Below, one piece after another: positions 39,166 through 49,538 of a stretch of 64,000 bases of DNA. The stretch's first letter is position 1. The number at the start of each line of letters is the position of its first letter. This DNA comes from a candidate division WOR-3 bacterium (GTDB lineage: Bacteria; Hydrothermota; Hydrothermia; JBDRYB01). Both the position numbers and the translations under genes were made by a program. The notes under the pieces were generated by a model. That model saw only the letters and a program-made list of their open reading frames with translations. It did no database searches and was not told the origin of the DNA. The DNA is taken from positions 1 through 64,000 of the forward strand of contig JBDRYB010000003.1 of NCBI GenBank assembly GCA_039803205.1, given 5' to 3'.

Positions 39166-40773
39166 CTATTTGCCCCCCTTGCCCTTGCTACCCTTGGGTT
39201 TATCAGGCTCTTTTGGCTTCTTCCACGCCTTTGCGACCTCAAACACATTCAGATAGACCTTACCATCCGCAACCGCGTTGAAAGCGATGTATTTGCCATC
39301 GTGAGACAAGAGCATCCTGTCAAAAACGAAGTCATATTCCCCCTCAAGGGGTTTGCCGTCAACAACCACGAACTCCCTGTCGTTCTCTGGGTTCTGTGCT
39401 GTAAAGGAGAAATGCCTCCCCTCAGGGGATATGTTCAGGCTCTGTGGGAATATGTTATCGTAGCGCTCGGATTCCTTGTCGTTGCAAACCCCGAATACCT
39501 TGCCGGCCTCATAAGCGCCCTCGTTCCACTCGCCCCCCTCGGAAGCCAGAAAAGCAAACCCTATTGTATCCCCGAAGATAAGGGTCGTGGTGTTGATGTC
39601 CTCGTAGTCCTTGCTCACATTTCCCTTGTTGGGTATAACCGTGTATTTGCCGCCGGAATAGTAACCAGATGGGTCCCAGCGCCCGCCGGTTGAAACCACA
39701 TAGGCGTAGAGATCGCCCTTCTTTGAAACAACCGGATTGCTGATGTAGTTGTATGGTCCTATCCTCCTCTTGTTCTGGATGATGTAATAATCCCCTCCAA
39801 TGTAATTCTCCTCCTCCCAGTGCCCTCCCTCGCCAGCCACATACGCGACGGTTCCTGTTTTTGTCACCACGAGCCCCTTGACGAAGTCATGTTTCTTGCC
39901 TTCAGATTCGCCCGTGACGAGGAAATAGGTTCCGCCCACATAGTAGTTGTTCTGGTCCCATGCGCCGCCCGTGCCAGCGAGATAGAATATTGTGCCATCG
40001 GGGCCAAAGGAGATCTCCATCACCACAGGATACCTTTTCTTTGCTGGCTTGCCGTCAACAACCACAACACGCTCCCCGCCCATGTATTCGTTTCCAATCC
40101 ACTTTCCCTTTGAGCCCGCTATGTAGGCGAGGTGTTTTCCATCCGGAGAATATGTGAGACCGAAAAGCCAGTCGTATTTCTTATCCTCCTTCGCGCCCCT
40201 AACCACGAACATCTTGCCGCCCCTATAAGAACCATCCATGTTCCATTTCCCACCCTTGGAAGCCACATAGCTGATCTCAGAGCCGTCTGGAGAGAGCGTT
40301 AGGTTGTAGACATGGTCATACTCCTTGCCGGCCTTCCCGTCGTAGAAGACCGAGTATTTCCCGCCGTAGTAGTATCCCTCGTCGTTCCAGCTCCCGCCCT
40401 TGCCTATCTTGAAAGCGTAGTGCTCGCCATCCTCGGAGAGCACATACTCTCCTACATATTCATACGGGCCATAGGCCTTTGAGCCGAGCACGAAGAACAT
40501 CTTGTTGCTGTCATCCATGGCCACATAGGCAAGGTTCCCATCCGGGGCAAACCTCAGGTCCCATATGCTCGCGTAGGTTGCCTTTTCCTCGCCGTTCACT
40601 ATGAGCCTCATTTTGCCATCGTAGTAGGAGTATACCGAAACGGCAATCTGAGTCAGATCATCGGATTGCACCACTTCCGATATCTCCCCATCCGGGGCCT
40701 CCATCAGCGCGGTCTGGCCCAGCTTGTCCATGGGGAAGGCCGCGAACAGAGTGATAGCTATGAAGTTGTTCAT
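39166..40773 (-). CDS. Secreted repeat (TolB/PD40-like propeller) protein
   Basis: Repeats 'SPDGKHLAY.A..GG.W...Y.GG...VV.DG'; Lys-rich tail. Confidence 0.75.
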   Translation of the reverse strand: MNNFIAITLFAAFPMDKLGQTALMEAPDGEISEVVQSDDLTQIAVSVYSYYDGKMRLIVNGEEKATYASIWDLRFAPDGNLAYVAMDDSNKMFFVLGSKAYGPYEYVGEYVLSEDGEHYAFKIGKGGSWNDEGYYYGGKYSVFYDGKAGKEYDHVYNLTLSPDGSEISYVASKGGKWNMDGSYRGGKMFVVRGAKEDKKYDWLFGLTYSPDGKHLAYIAGSKGKWIGNEYMGGERVVVVDGKPAKKRYPVVMEISFGPDGTIFYLAGTGGAWDQNNYYVGGTYFLVTGESEGKKHDFVKGLVVTKTGTVAYVAGEGGHWEEENYIGGDYYIIQNKRRIGPYNYISNPVVSKKGDLYAYVVSTGGRWDPSGYYSGGKYTVIPNKGNVSKDYEDINTTTLIFGDTIGFAFLASEGGEWNEGAYEAGKVFGVCNDKESERYDNIFPQSLNISPEGRHFSFTAQNPENDREFVVVDGKPLEGEYDFVFDRMLLSHDGKYIAFNAVADGKVYLNVFEVAKAWKKPKEPDKPKGSKGKGGK

Positions 40774-40940
40774 GATTCCTCCGAACTCTTTGATATTATA
40801 AACCTCCCCTTTGGATGCCTACCACCATTCGCGCTCAGAGACAAATGTGGATTAGCTGGGGACTTGGCCCAATTTGAGGGGTCCCGGAAGGAGGAGATGT
40901 GGACACTATGCTATGGCGCACTATTGCCCTTGGAGGAGAC

Positions 40941-42041
40941 ATGCTTAATTTATTCGGCAAAAAGAGAAAAAAGAAGGGCCTGGGTTGGCTGAAGATCTTC
41001 TCCTTCCGGCTCACCGAGAGGGACAAGGACAACCCCTCTGAGCTCATAGATGGATACGAGGGCTTTATATTCGCGTGCGTGAACATCATCGCTTCCCGGG
41101 TCGCGGGCGCGAGGATGAGGCTCTTCGTGAGGGAGGGCGATTCCGAGAGGGAGATAGATGAGCATCCCCTCTTGGAGCTTCTGAGGGAGCCTAACCCCTA
41201 CATGACCCAATACTCTTTCCTATACCTGACCCAGGCCTGGATGGAGCTTGCGGGCAACGCTTATTGGGTAAGGGTCGGTCAGGAGCTCTGGCCACTTCCT
41301 CCCCAGTGGGTCAGGGTCGTTCCCGGCCCGTGGCCGAGGGTCATAGACGGATACATCTACAGCCCTCCCTGGGTCTCCGAGCCAATGGCGTTCTCAGACG
41401 GGGAGGTGATTCACTTCAAGCGCCCGAACCCGCAGGACCCATTTTATTACGGCGCTTCAACCCTCAGAGCGGCTTTCGGCGAGACCGAGTTCTGGCGGCT
41501 TGCTGGAGAATACAGGGCAAAACGCCTTGAGAACGGAGGGGTTCCCCCAGCCGCTATGATAATATCCGAGGAGGCCAACCCTGGGGACATAGACAGGATA
41601 AGGGCGGAGTTTGAGCGCCTTCACAGGGGAACGGCTAACGCAGGGAGGCCGGCCATTCTCCCGCCCGGAACGGATGTTAGGCTCCTGGAGGTCCCGGCTA
41701 TAGACAAGGAGTTCGCGGAGGCCCTCAGGCTCACGAGGGAAAACATCCTCGCCATATTCGGCGTTCCGGGTTCAAAGCTGGGACTGGTTCAGGATGTCAA
41801 TAGGGCGAACGCGGAGGCAAACGACCTCACATTCCTCAACGAGGTCATAAGGCCCCGCCTCCGGTTCCTTGAGGACATACTGAACTCTGAGATAACATAT
41901 CTCTTTGGGGATTCGCTCCTCTTGCGCTTTGATGACCCCCTCCCCAGGGACTGGGAGTTCACGCTCAGAAAGGTTGAGACCCTGGTCACCCTTGGGGTTA
42001 TGAGCGTAGACGAGGCGAGGAGGGAAATGGAGCTGGAGTAG
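40941..42041 (+). CDS. Phage portal protein (HK97-like), orphan
   Basis: 'ACVNIIASRVA', 'HPLLELLREPNPYMT', 'GNAYW', 'EVIHFK..NP...YYG.S', 'NGGVP', 'IFGVP..LG', 'NRANAE', 'GVMSVDEAR'; GGAGG RBS. Confidence 0.92.
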   Translation: MLNLFGKKRKKKGLGWLKIFSFRLTERDKDNPSELIDGYEGFIFACVNIIASRVAGARMRLFVREGDSEREIDEHPLLELLREPNPYMTQYSFLYLTQAWMELAGNAYWVRVGQELWPLPPQWVRVVPGPWPRVIDGYIYSPPWVSEPMAFSDGEVIHFKRPNPQDPFYYGASTLRAAFGETEFWRLAGEYRAKRLENGGVPPAAMIISEEANPGDIDRIRAEFERLHRGTANAGRPAILPPGTDVRLLEVPAIDKEFAEALRLTRENILAIFGVPGSKLGLVQDVNRANAEANDLTFLNEVIRPRLRFLEDILNSEITYLFGDSLLLRFDDPLPRDWEFTLRKVETLVTLGVMSVDEARREMELE

Positions 42042-42102
42042 GAATTAAAAGCGCGAATCGTGTTAACTTTGTGTCAGATCTGCTTGTATTGTATATCAAG
42101 CT

Positions 42103-43632
42103 ATGTTTGGTATTGGAATCGTATTGTTCTCTGCTCTTTTCGCTAAGACATACGGAGGGACTTACTCGGAGGAAGGCTATTCTGTGATCCAGACCCAAGA
42201 AGGAGACTATATCTCGGTGGGATATGTTGTGGATGGCTATGTTGACTTTTCGGTCATCAGGTTTTCCTCCGATGGTTCTCTCTCTGATGCAAAGAGGTTC
42301 GGCGGGAGCGGTTGGGATGAGGCCTATTCCGTAGCCGCGACTCAAGACGGCGGGTTTGTTGTGGCAGGAGAAACTGGTAGTTTCGGGGTCAGTGGCTTTG
42401 ATTTTCTCGTTATGAGAATGGCTTCTGATGGCTCACTCATTTGGTCCAAGACTTACGGGGCCGCATACATGGAGCACCCATACTCAATAATCCAGAACTC
42501 AGACGGGGGTTATACCGTTGTGGGAGAGACGAACAGCATCGGCGCAGGTTTTTCCGATTTTCTGGTTCTCAGATTGGGATCCGACGGTTCAGTTCTCTGG
42601 GCAAGAACCTTCGGGGGCGAAAACGAAGAGGAGGCTTGGTCTGCAATTGAGACCCCGGATGGAAGGCTTGTTGTCGCGGGATGGACGGATAGCTATGGGG
42701 CTGGCAACGATGATCTGCTAATCCTCAAGCTGAACCCTGACGGCTCCCCCATTTGGACCAAGACCCTGGGTGGCATTGGAGATGAGCGCGCCTTTTCCGT
42801 AGCCCAAGCTCATGATGGCGGATATGTTGTTGCTGGATGGACAGGGAGCTTTGGCGCCGGCGGAACAGATTTCCTGGTCGTAAAGCTCGGCCAGGATGGT
42901 TCGCTCATTTGGGCAAAGACCTTTGGCGGAAACAGAAATGACTGGGCCCAATCCATAGTTGCCACATCCGACGGGGGTTATCTTGTTTCTGGGACGACAT
43001 TCTCCTTTGGGGCTGACTCATCGGATGCCCTGATGATCAAGCTTGGGCCGGATGGCTCACTCATCTGGGCCAGGAGGTTCGGGGGCCAGAGCTATGACTA
43101 TGCTTATTCCTCAACCCAGGCGCGGGACGGGGACTATGTTGTCGTTGGGACAACCTGGAGCTTTGGCGCTGGGGCATGGGATTTTCTCGTTATCAAGATC
43201 GGCCAAAACGGCGAGTATGCGAACTGCGTTCAGGCCTGCTATCCGGTTTCTACCAATGTGAACCCCACGACATCCTCTCCGCTGATGGGCTTCATCTGCA
43301 ATTTGGATGCCTCAAGCCCAACTCTGACACCAACCCCGCTCAATTTGATCGCATACGATATTTGCCCCACCCTGGCCTCTCAGGACACGAAAGGCTCTTC
43401 CGGAGGACCATGTTGCTTCGCTTTTTCGGAAGGCGCGGTGTTTTTCGCTCAGGAGCCGGGGAACCTCAGGCTGTATTCCACGGACGGAAGGCTTATATGC
43501 TGTAGGCACCTAGAAACTGGCTACAACAGGATAACCCTTAAGCCCGGCGTCTATATCTGGAGAGCGAGTTCAGAACCTACATCATCCAATTCAAGGGCAT
43601 GCACGGGAAGAATTGCCATCCCCTCTCGGTAA
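42103..43632 (+). CDS. Secreted 'W(A/S)KTFGG' repeat beta-propeller protein with CTD
   Basis: About 7 repeats '(W)xKTFGG...A.S..QT.DGG.VVAG.T.SFGAG..D..V.KL'; Cys/Pro/Thr linker; CTD 'YSTDGRL...PGVYIW'. Confidence 0.85.
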   Translation: MFGIGIVLFSALFAKTYGGTYSEEGYSVIQTQEGDYISVGYVVDGYVDFSVIRFSSDGSLSDAKRFGGSGWDEAYSVAATQDGGFVVAGETGSFGVSGFDFLVMRMASDGSLIWSKTYGAAYMEHPYSIIQNSDGGYTVVGETNSIGAGFSDFLVLRLGSDGSVLWARTFGGENEEEAWSAIETPDGRLVVAGWTDSYGAGNDDLLILKLNPDGSPIWTKTLGGIGDERAFSVAQAHDGGYVVAGWTGSFGAGGTDFLVVKLGQDGSLIWAKTFGGNRNDWAQSIVATSDGGYLVSGTTFSFGADSSDALMIKLGPDGSLIWARRFGGQSYDYAYSSTQARDGDYVVVGTTWSFGAGAWDFLVIKIGQNGEYANCVQACYPVSTNVNPTTSSPLMGFICNLDASSPTLTPTPLNLIAYDICPTLASQDTKGSSGGPCCFAFSEGAVFFAQEPGNLRLYSTDGRLICCRHLETGYNRITLKPGVYIWRASSEPTSSNSRACTGRIAIPSR

Positions 43633-43693
43633 AAACCGGACACGCCCGTGTGTTCTTGAATTTAACCTGCGTTAAAATTTAACATATTCCCGC

Positions 43694-46465
43694 TTGATAG
43701 AGGCCCTCGGGCCGCTTGAGGAGTTATCCCATCTGGACTCCCGTTGGCCATCCGGGTTCAAGAGCGTTATCCTGGCTCGGATCGCCCGGGAGCGTGGGGG
43801 TGTTTTTTATTCTCCAAAGGAGGACCCAACAGATGTCAAGGAAGAGCTCTCCTCCTTCGGGGTTGCCGCGGTGGGCACTCAAGAGGATTGGAGGGAGGCC
43901 ATTTCCCCTGGCAAGCCTCTCGTGTTCATCGGGCCCACGAGAGACATCCCCCGCACCTTAGAGAAGCTCGATTCCATGAGGTTCACCCGCATAGCGCCGG
44001 GCGCGCGGGTCTCGCCCGAGGACCTGATGCGCGCCCTCTCAGAAGGAGGCCTTGAGAGGGTTGATTTCGTTGAACTACCAGGAGAGTTCTCCAGGCGCGG
44101 CGGGATAATTGACCTTTTCCTTCACTCCCTGGCTTCCCCTGTCAGAATAGAGTTCGTAGGAAACAGGGTTGAGTCCATCCGAGAGTTCTCCGTCGTCACT
44201 CAGAGGTCAACCGGCGCGGCAGACGAGATCTGGGTTCCTGATCCCCGCGGCGCTCCGCTCGGCATCGGAGAATTGGTGCAATTGGGAGAGGAGCGCTCAA
44301 ACCCCTTGCCCTTTGATGTTCAGGCAACTCCGGAATTCAGAGGGGATGTGGCTTTGTTCTACAGCTCAGCAAAAGAACTCGCAGAAAGGGGCTACGAGAT
44401 CAATTTCTTCACCCTTGAGGAGTGGCGTTTCAGGAGGCTGAATGAGGTGGTCCCGTGCAGGTGGATTAAGGGAGAACTCAGGCACGGGTTCATCATCCCC
44501 CACCTCTCTCTCGTCGGAATGAGCTCGGGAGAGATAGTGCAAGTTGAACGCGCGGCTAGGCTTCCCGGCCCGAGGATAGAGAGCATAGAGGCGCTTGAGG
44601 AGGGTGACTATGTGGTTCACATTGATTACGGCATAGGGAGATACGCTGGGCTTGAGAGGGTTGAGATAGGAGGGGGGCTTTACGAGTGCGTGGTCGTTGA
44701 ATACGCTGATGGAAGGCTACTCGTTCCCTCACATGACCTCTCCCGGCTCTCCAGGTATGTTGGGCCAGAGGGTTTTAATCCCCCGCTATCCCAAATATCA
44801 AAACCAACCATGTGGCTCCGGCGGCGCAACCGGGCCGCGGCGGACGCGGCAAGGATAGCGAGAGAATTGGTCTTCACAGCCGCTATAAGGAAATCAAGGA
44901 GAGGCCACGCCTTTGGGCCGGACACCCCGGAGCAACGAGAGCTTGAAATGGCATTCCCATTTCCCGAGACCCCGGATCAGGAAAAGGCGATAGAGGATGT
45001 GAAGAGGGACATGGAATCCCCGAAGGTGATGGAGAGATTGGTCGCGGGCGAGGTCGGTTTCGGAAAGACGGAGGTCGCCCTCAGGGCATCTTTCAAGGCG
45101 GTAATGGATGGGAAGCAGGTTGCCATACTCGTTCCAACTACCCTGCTTGCCCTCCAGCACACCAGGACATTCCAGGAAAGGCTATCCAGGTTCCCAGTGA
45201 GGGTTGAGATGGTCTCGCGGCTGGTCTCCGGGAGGAAAATAAAAGATATCCTACAAGACCTCAAGTCCGGCAAGGTTGATATTGTCATAGGGACGCACAG
45301 GCTCCTTGCGAAGGATGTGGCTTTCAAGGACCTCGGCCTCCTGGTCATTGATGAGGAGCACAGGTTCGGCGTCAGGCAAAAGGAACGCCTGAAACGCCTG
45401 AAGATAACGGTTGATACCCTCCTCATGACAGCGACCCCTATCCCCAGAACGCTTTCCATGGCCCTCGGCAAGATAATGGACATGTCCGTAATTGAGACGC
45501 CGCCCATAGGGCGCCAGGAAACAGAGACATGGGTGGGCGAGTTCTCAGAGCGGGTGGTAAAGAACGCGATAAACCGGGAGCTAAACAGGAACGGTCAGGT
45601 CTTTTACATAAGAAACAGGATAGAAGGCCTCTCCGAGAGGGAAAGGAGCCTCAGGAGGATGTTCCCCGAAGCGAAGATAAGGGCTATTCACGGAAGGCTC
45701 AGGGGAAGAGAAATAGAGCGGGCTTTCCTGGATTTCTACGAGGGCAAGATAGATATACTCCTCTCAACAGCCATAGTTGAGTCCGGAATAGATTTCCCGA
45801 GGGCAAACACCCTTATCGTTGAGCAGGCTGAGCTCTTCGGCCTCTCAGAGCTTCACCAGCTCAGGGGGCGCGTTGGAAGGGGGAGCGTAAAGGCTTATGC
45901 GTTCTTCTTCACTGGAAAGGACATAGATAAAAAGCCGAAGGCAAAGCGCAGGCTCTCGGCTCTTGCCAGATACCACCACATCGGCTCAGGGATGAAGATA
46001 GCCCTGGCTGACCTCTCTATAAGAGGGGGAGGGGACCTCCTCGGCCTGGCTCAACACGGCCACGCGAGGGGTGTGGGATACACCCTTTATTTCAGCCTTA
46101 TAGATGAGGCCATAGAGAGCTTGACTTACGGTGGAACCAGGAGAGAGACCCTTCTTGAGATACACGCCCCCGCGCTCATTCCAGAGGCATACCTGGATGA
46201 TCCGACCCTCAGAATGGCTTATTACACGAGGCTTTCAGAGGCTAGAGCCATCTACGAGATAGACGAGACCGAGGACGAGATGAGGGACAGGTTCGGGCCT
46301 CTGCCGCCCGAGTTGGAAAACCTACTCAACGCTCACAGGGTGAGGTTATGGGCGGGAGAGCGCGGATACGAGAGGGTGATCTTCTCTCCGGATATTGTGC
46401 AGCTCAGACGCGAGGGAGAGGAGGAAACATTGCCGACTGAGGGGATACTGGGAGAGCTTATCTAG
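43694..46465 (+). CDS. mfd: Transcription-repair coupling factor
   Basis: 'RGGIID', CarD-like 'GDYVVHIDYGIG', 'ETPDQ', 'GEVGFGKTE', 'DEEHRFG', 'QLRGRVGR', TRCF domain. Confidence 0.93.
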   Translation: MIEALGPLEELSHLDSRWPSGFKSVILARIARERGGVFYSPKEDPTDVKEELSSFGVAAVGTQEDWREAISPGKPLVFIGPTRDIPRTLEKLDSMRFTRIAPGARVSPEDLMRALSEGGLERVDFVELPGEFSRRGGIIDLFLHSLASPVRIEFVGNRVESIREFSVVTQRSTGAADEIWVPDPRGAPLGIGELVQLGEERSNPLPFDVQATPEFRGDVALFYSSAKELAERGYEINFFTLEEWRFRRLNEVVPCRWIKGELRHGFIIPHLSLVGMSSGEIVQVERAARLPGPRIESIEALEEGDYVVHIDYGIGRYAGLERVEIGGGLYECVVVEYADGRLLVPSHDLSRLSRYVGPEGFNPPLSQISKPTMWLRRRNRAAADAARIARELVFTAAIRKSRRGHAFGPDTPEQRELEMAFPFPETPDQEKAIEDVKRDMESPKVMERLVAGEVGFGKTEVALRASFKAVMDGKQVAILVPTTLLALQHTRTFQERLSRFPVRVEMVSRLVSGRKIKDILQDLKSGKVDIVIGTHRLLAKDVAFKDLGLLVIDEEHRFGVRQKERLKRLKITVDTLLMTATPIPRTLSMALGKIMDMSVIETPPIGRQETETWVGEFSERVVKNAINRELNRNGQVFYIRNRIEGLSERERSLRRMFPEAKIRAIHGRLRGREIERAFLDFYEGKIDILLSTAIVESGIDFPRANTLIVEQAELFGLSELHQLRGRVGRGSVKAYAFFFTGKDIDKKPKAKRRLSALARYHHIGSGMKIALADLSIRGGGDLLGLAQHGHARGVGYTLYFSLIDEAIESLTYGGTRRETLLEIHAPALIPEAYLDDPTLRMAYYTRLSEARAIYEIDETEDEMRDRFGPLPPELENLLNAHRVRLWAGERGYERVIFSPDIVQLRREGEEETLPTEGILGELI

Positions 46466-47448
46466 ATCTTAACCAGCCTCCTCGTCCTCTGGCCGACCCT
46501 CATGATGTAGACCCCTGGTCTCAGTCCCCTCAGATCGTTGGTTCCCTCTCGGATTTTAACCACGGGAGCGCCTGATATGTCATAAAGCACGGCTTCGCTG
46601 ATCCCGTTTGGAAAACTAACCGTGAGAAAGTCCTCAACGGGATTCGGGGATACAACGAGCCTCTTCGGAGATGAAGGCGCCTCGCCCTCTCCGATTGGCT
46701 TACACGGTGGTGATGAGAGCCAGGCAAAGACATTCAATAGGAGCTCGTCGTTGTTGGGGCCATAGGAGAGGTATGTGTTATCCCACAGGTTTATGTCCGA
46801 AATCAGAATTACGCCCCCCTGACCATCCACGCATCGCCCAGCCATGGCTCCGTATCCGCCCATCCAGCCGATTATCTCTGAGGGAGCTGAGGCACCAACC
46901 GCCCCCGGAGCCGCCGTGCAGACCCCTTCTGGTGTTATCCCTGCGAATATCTGAGCGTAGGTCGGGTTAGAGGTGAAAGATGAATAACACTGCTGTGGGT
47001 CGCCGAGGCCGACGCTCATTCCAAGCCTGCTGACGACCTGCGCGAGGTTTCCGTTCGGGCATCCGGTGTTCTCGGACTGGATGAGAACAGAACCTCCCCT
47101 GGCAACGAAAGCGGCAAGGCTATCCGCCTCTGAGGCCGTATACGCGGAATACCAGTTTGAAGCCAGGTTTATCACCACTATCCTGTAGGGGCTCAGGTCC
47201 ATATTGTCAACCCCCGAGGAGGTGGTGCTCAGAGCGTAGCCGTTGGATGTCAATATGCTGGCCAGGGTTGAGTATTGACTGGTCAGGTCATAACAGTAGC
47301 CGGGGCAGAAAACCCCGTGGGTGTAGTCCCAGAGGACAGAGACATCCTTTGGGCTAGGGGGCGCGGGTGAAACGGGGTTTTCATGGTTGGAACCTGCACC
47401 CTCAAGGCCCGTGGTAGGATCAAATAGGCATATCAGCAGAATAAGCAT
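46462..47448 (-). CDS. Secreted protein (DUF4350/GATase-like fold) with T9SS type-A-like CTD
   Basis: 'VLWDYTHG', 'FVARGGSVLI'; CTD 'SPNPV...LYDISG...LRPGVYIMRV...RLVKI'. Confidence 0.75.
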   Translation of the reverse strand: MLILLICLFDPTTGLEGAGSNHENPVSPAPPSPKDVSVLWDYTHGVFCPGYCYDLTSQYSTLASILTSNGYALSTTSSGVDNMDLSPYRIVVINLASNWYSAYTASEADSLAAFVARGGSVLIQSENTGCPNGNLAQVVSRLGMSVGLGDPQQCYSSFTSNPTYAQIFAGITPEGVCTAAPGAVGASAPSEIIGWMGGYGAMAGRCVDGQGGVILISDINLWDNTYLSYGPNNDELLLNVFAWLSSPPCKPIGEGEAPSSPKRLVVSPNPVEDFLTVSFPNGISEAVLYDISGAPVVKIREGTNDLRGLRPGVYIMRVGQRTRRLVKI

Positions 47449-47611
47449 AAAAACCTCCTGTGCCTTCATATTATAAAAGCACCAGTTGATCCCGCGCAAT
47501 AGGATCGCCCCCCGGTTTATGATCTCAAAGAAAGCATAAATGAGCCCTCATGGAAGAGCTCAACGAGACCGAGATAATGAAGAGGAACCCGAAGGACACT
47601 GAAACCAGGGA

Positions 47612-49051
47612 TCAGAACCTTCCTATGAGCCAGAGCTTTATCCCCTCAAACTCCGGCTCGGTCCTGCATATCCCCCCTGAGCAGATTACTCCGGCCGGCT
47701 GAGACCCATAGAAAACCATAGCGTCAAGGCGCTCGTTCAGGTGAACCGAGAGCTCAACCGATTGCCAGACCCCGAGCCTCTCTCCTCCGGTCTCCCTTCG
47801 CTCTGTCCTCCCGAACCAGAGAGAGCCCCAAGGTCCCCAGCCCACTCCCAGCTTGAGCTTCCCATCAAAGTAATCCAGGGTGTCAATGAGCTCAACCGTG
47901 TCAGCGTAATATGGGTAGATGTCTCGCCTAATCCTGTGATCGTAGGAGAGGGTAAGAGAGCCCTTGCCCATGAAATAGAGCACTGCCTCAGCCCCAGGGG
48001 TCATCTCGGCCCTCTTCGTGACCAGGGCCTCAAGGGAATCGTTGTATATCTCTCGGAGAACCCCGTTTACCAGGATGTGATCCAGCTTCGCTGTGGCGCG
48101 GAACAGCCCAGTGCGCCTGTAGCTGGCCAAAAAATAGTTCTCCTCAACCCGCTGGGAACCGATAGACCTCTCAGAAAGGCTCCTGTGGCCCGTCAGGGTC
48201 AGGCCCTCTATTGGGTTTGCGTTCAGGGTAATCCCATGGCCTGCCTCATCTATGCTGTCGGTGAGGTATACCCCATAGTGGTTTATGGGCGGAGGGTTAT
48301 TGAACCCATTCCCCAGGAGGTTGTAGTCCTTTGACTCAAGTAGGATGTTGAACCTGGGGAGGCCAAGGGATACCGCCGCGTAGTAGCTTGTGGTTGTGCT
48401 ATCCGGAGTGCTGTCCCCAGCATAATAATATGGCACATAGAAACCCTCTCGTCTGACCAATTCCCCATAGACGCTGACCAGCGAGGATGCCAGCTCTGCC
48501 GAGCCCGATATGAACTCCTGCTTGTATGTGCTGTCATACTGGGGCCAGTTGACGCGGGCGTATACGCCCGTTAGGTTTAGGTGAGGCAATCCCACAAAGG
48601 AAAGCCTGCCTGCCCTCAGGGTGTGTTCCTGATCTTTCTTGAAATCGTAATAATATATCTCTCTCTTTGTCCCCGATAGGAACTCACCCTCAAATGGGCC
48701 AAGCCTCGCCCTCACATCCCCTCCCTCAAGCCACCTGTCAAGCATCAGCTGATCGTCTCTGACGCTTGCGAGGACGAGGCCTCTGCCAAAAGAGGCATAG
48801 TAGCTCCCGCCCCTCGCGCTTATAGCATCAGAATTGTAGGCCGCATATCTCTGAGTCAGGTCCTCATACCTGGGGAAATTCGGCCTATTCGGCTGGAGAT
48901 AGAGGAACTTTCCGCCCACCTCCCAGCTCTCTAGGTAAAGCGCCGCGTCAAAGATGCTCTGAAGCCTTTCGTCATCCGAACTCCTCCACTTCCAGTATTG
49001 GATGTCCGTAGAACCAGTAAAAAATACCTGGGCGAGAATGAGGGTGACCAT
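47612..49051 (-). CDS. DUF6029-like outer-membrane protein
   Basis: 'YYASFGRGLVL'; C-terminal 'GVICSGGICRTEPEFEG.KL....RF'. Confidence 0.75.
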   Translation of the reverse strand: MVTLILAQVFFTGSTDIQYWKWRSSDDERLQSIFDAALYLESWEVGGKFLYLQPNRPNFPRYEDLTQRYAAYNSDAISARGGSYYASFGRGLVLASVRDDQLMLDRWLEGGDVRARLGPFEGEFLSGTKREIYYYDFKKDQEHTLRAGRLSFVGLPHLNLTGVYARVNWPQYDSTYKQEFISGSAELASSLVSVYGELVRREGFYVPYYYAGDSTPDSTTTSYYAAVSLGLPRFNILLESKDYNLLGNGFNNPPPINHYGVYLTDSIDEAGHGITLNANPIEGLTLTGHRSLSERSIGSQRVEENYFLASYRRTGLFRATAKLDHILVNGVLREIYNDSLEALVTKRAEMTPGAEAVLYFMGKGSLTLSYDHRIRRDIYPYYADTVELIDTLDYFDGKLKLGVGWGPWGSLWFGRTERRETGGERLGVWQSVELSVHLNERLDAMVFYGSQPAGVICSGGICRTEPEFEGIKLWLIGRF

Positions 49052-49069
49052 GAGGCTCTCCTTTTCGTT

Positions 49070-49528
49070 CTACTGGCCCAGAAGCTCCTGAACCTTGTTC
49101 TTTATCTCCTCCTCTTGACCAGATGTGAAACCAACTCGCTGATACACTATTTCCATGTTCTTATCCACTATGACCGTCACCGGCACAGCCATTGCCTTGT
49201 ATTTCAAGGAGACCTTCTTGTCGGGGTCAAGGAGGACAGGGAACTTCCAGCCCCTGCCGTCTTTGGTGCTCTTGACCTCTGAGAGCTTTCTGGGGGAGTC
49301 CTGGCTTATCCCCAAAACCATAAGGCCCTTGTCCCTGTTGGCCTTGTATAGCTCGTTTGAGTAGTCCAATAGGTCCTTGCAGTTCGTGCACCATGTTGCC
49401 CAGAAAACCATGAGAACCGGCCCGGACTTAACCAGCTCCGAGAGAGTAAATGAGTTTCCGTCTGTATCCTCAAGGGTGAAGTCCGGCGCGGTCGCCGTCA
49501 TCAGGATTCCCATGAGAAGCCCTGTCAT
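49070..49528 (-). CDS. TlpA/redoxin-family thiol-disulfide oxidoreductase
   Basis: 'APDFTL', 'FWATWCTNC'. Confidence 0.9.
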   Translation of the reverse strand: MTGLLMGILMTATAPDFTLEDTDGNSFTLSELVKSGPVLMVFWATWCTNCKDLLDYSNELYKANRDKGLMVLGISQDSPRKLSEVKSTKDGRGWKFPVLLDPDKKVSLKYKAMAVPVTVIVDKNMEIVYQRVGFTSGQEEEIKNKVQELLGQ

Positions 49529-49538
49529 GTCAATCCTC

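Noticed and set aside
47525..47614. Stop-codon readthrough of DUF6029 into a hydrophobic extension
   Set aside because: The protein already ends in a typical barrel C-terminal Phe (…GRF), and nothing else supports readthrough.
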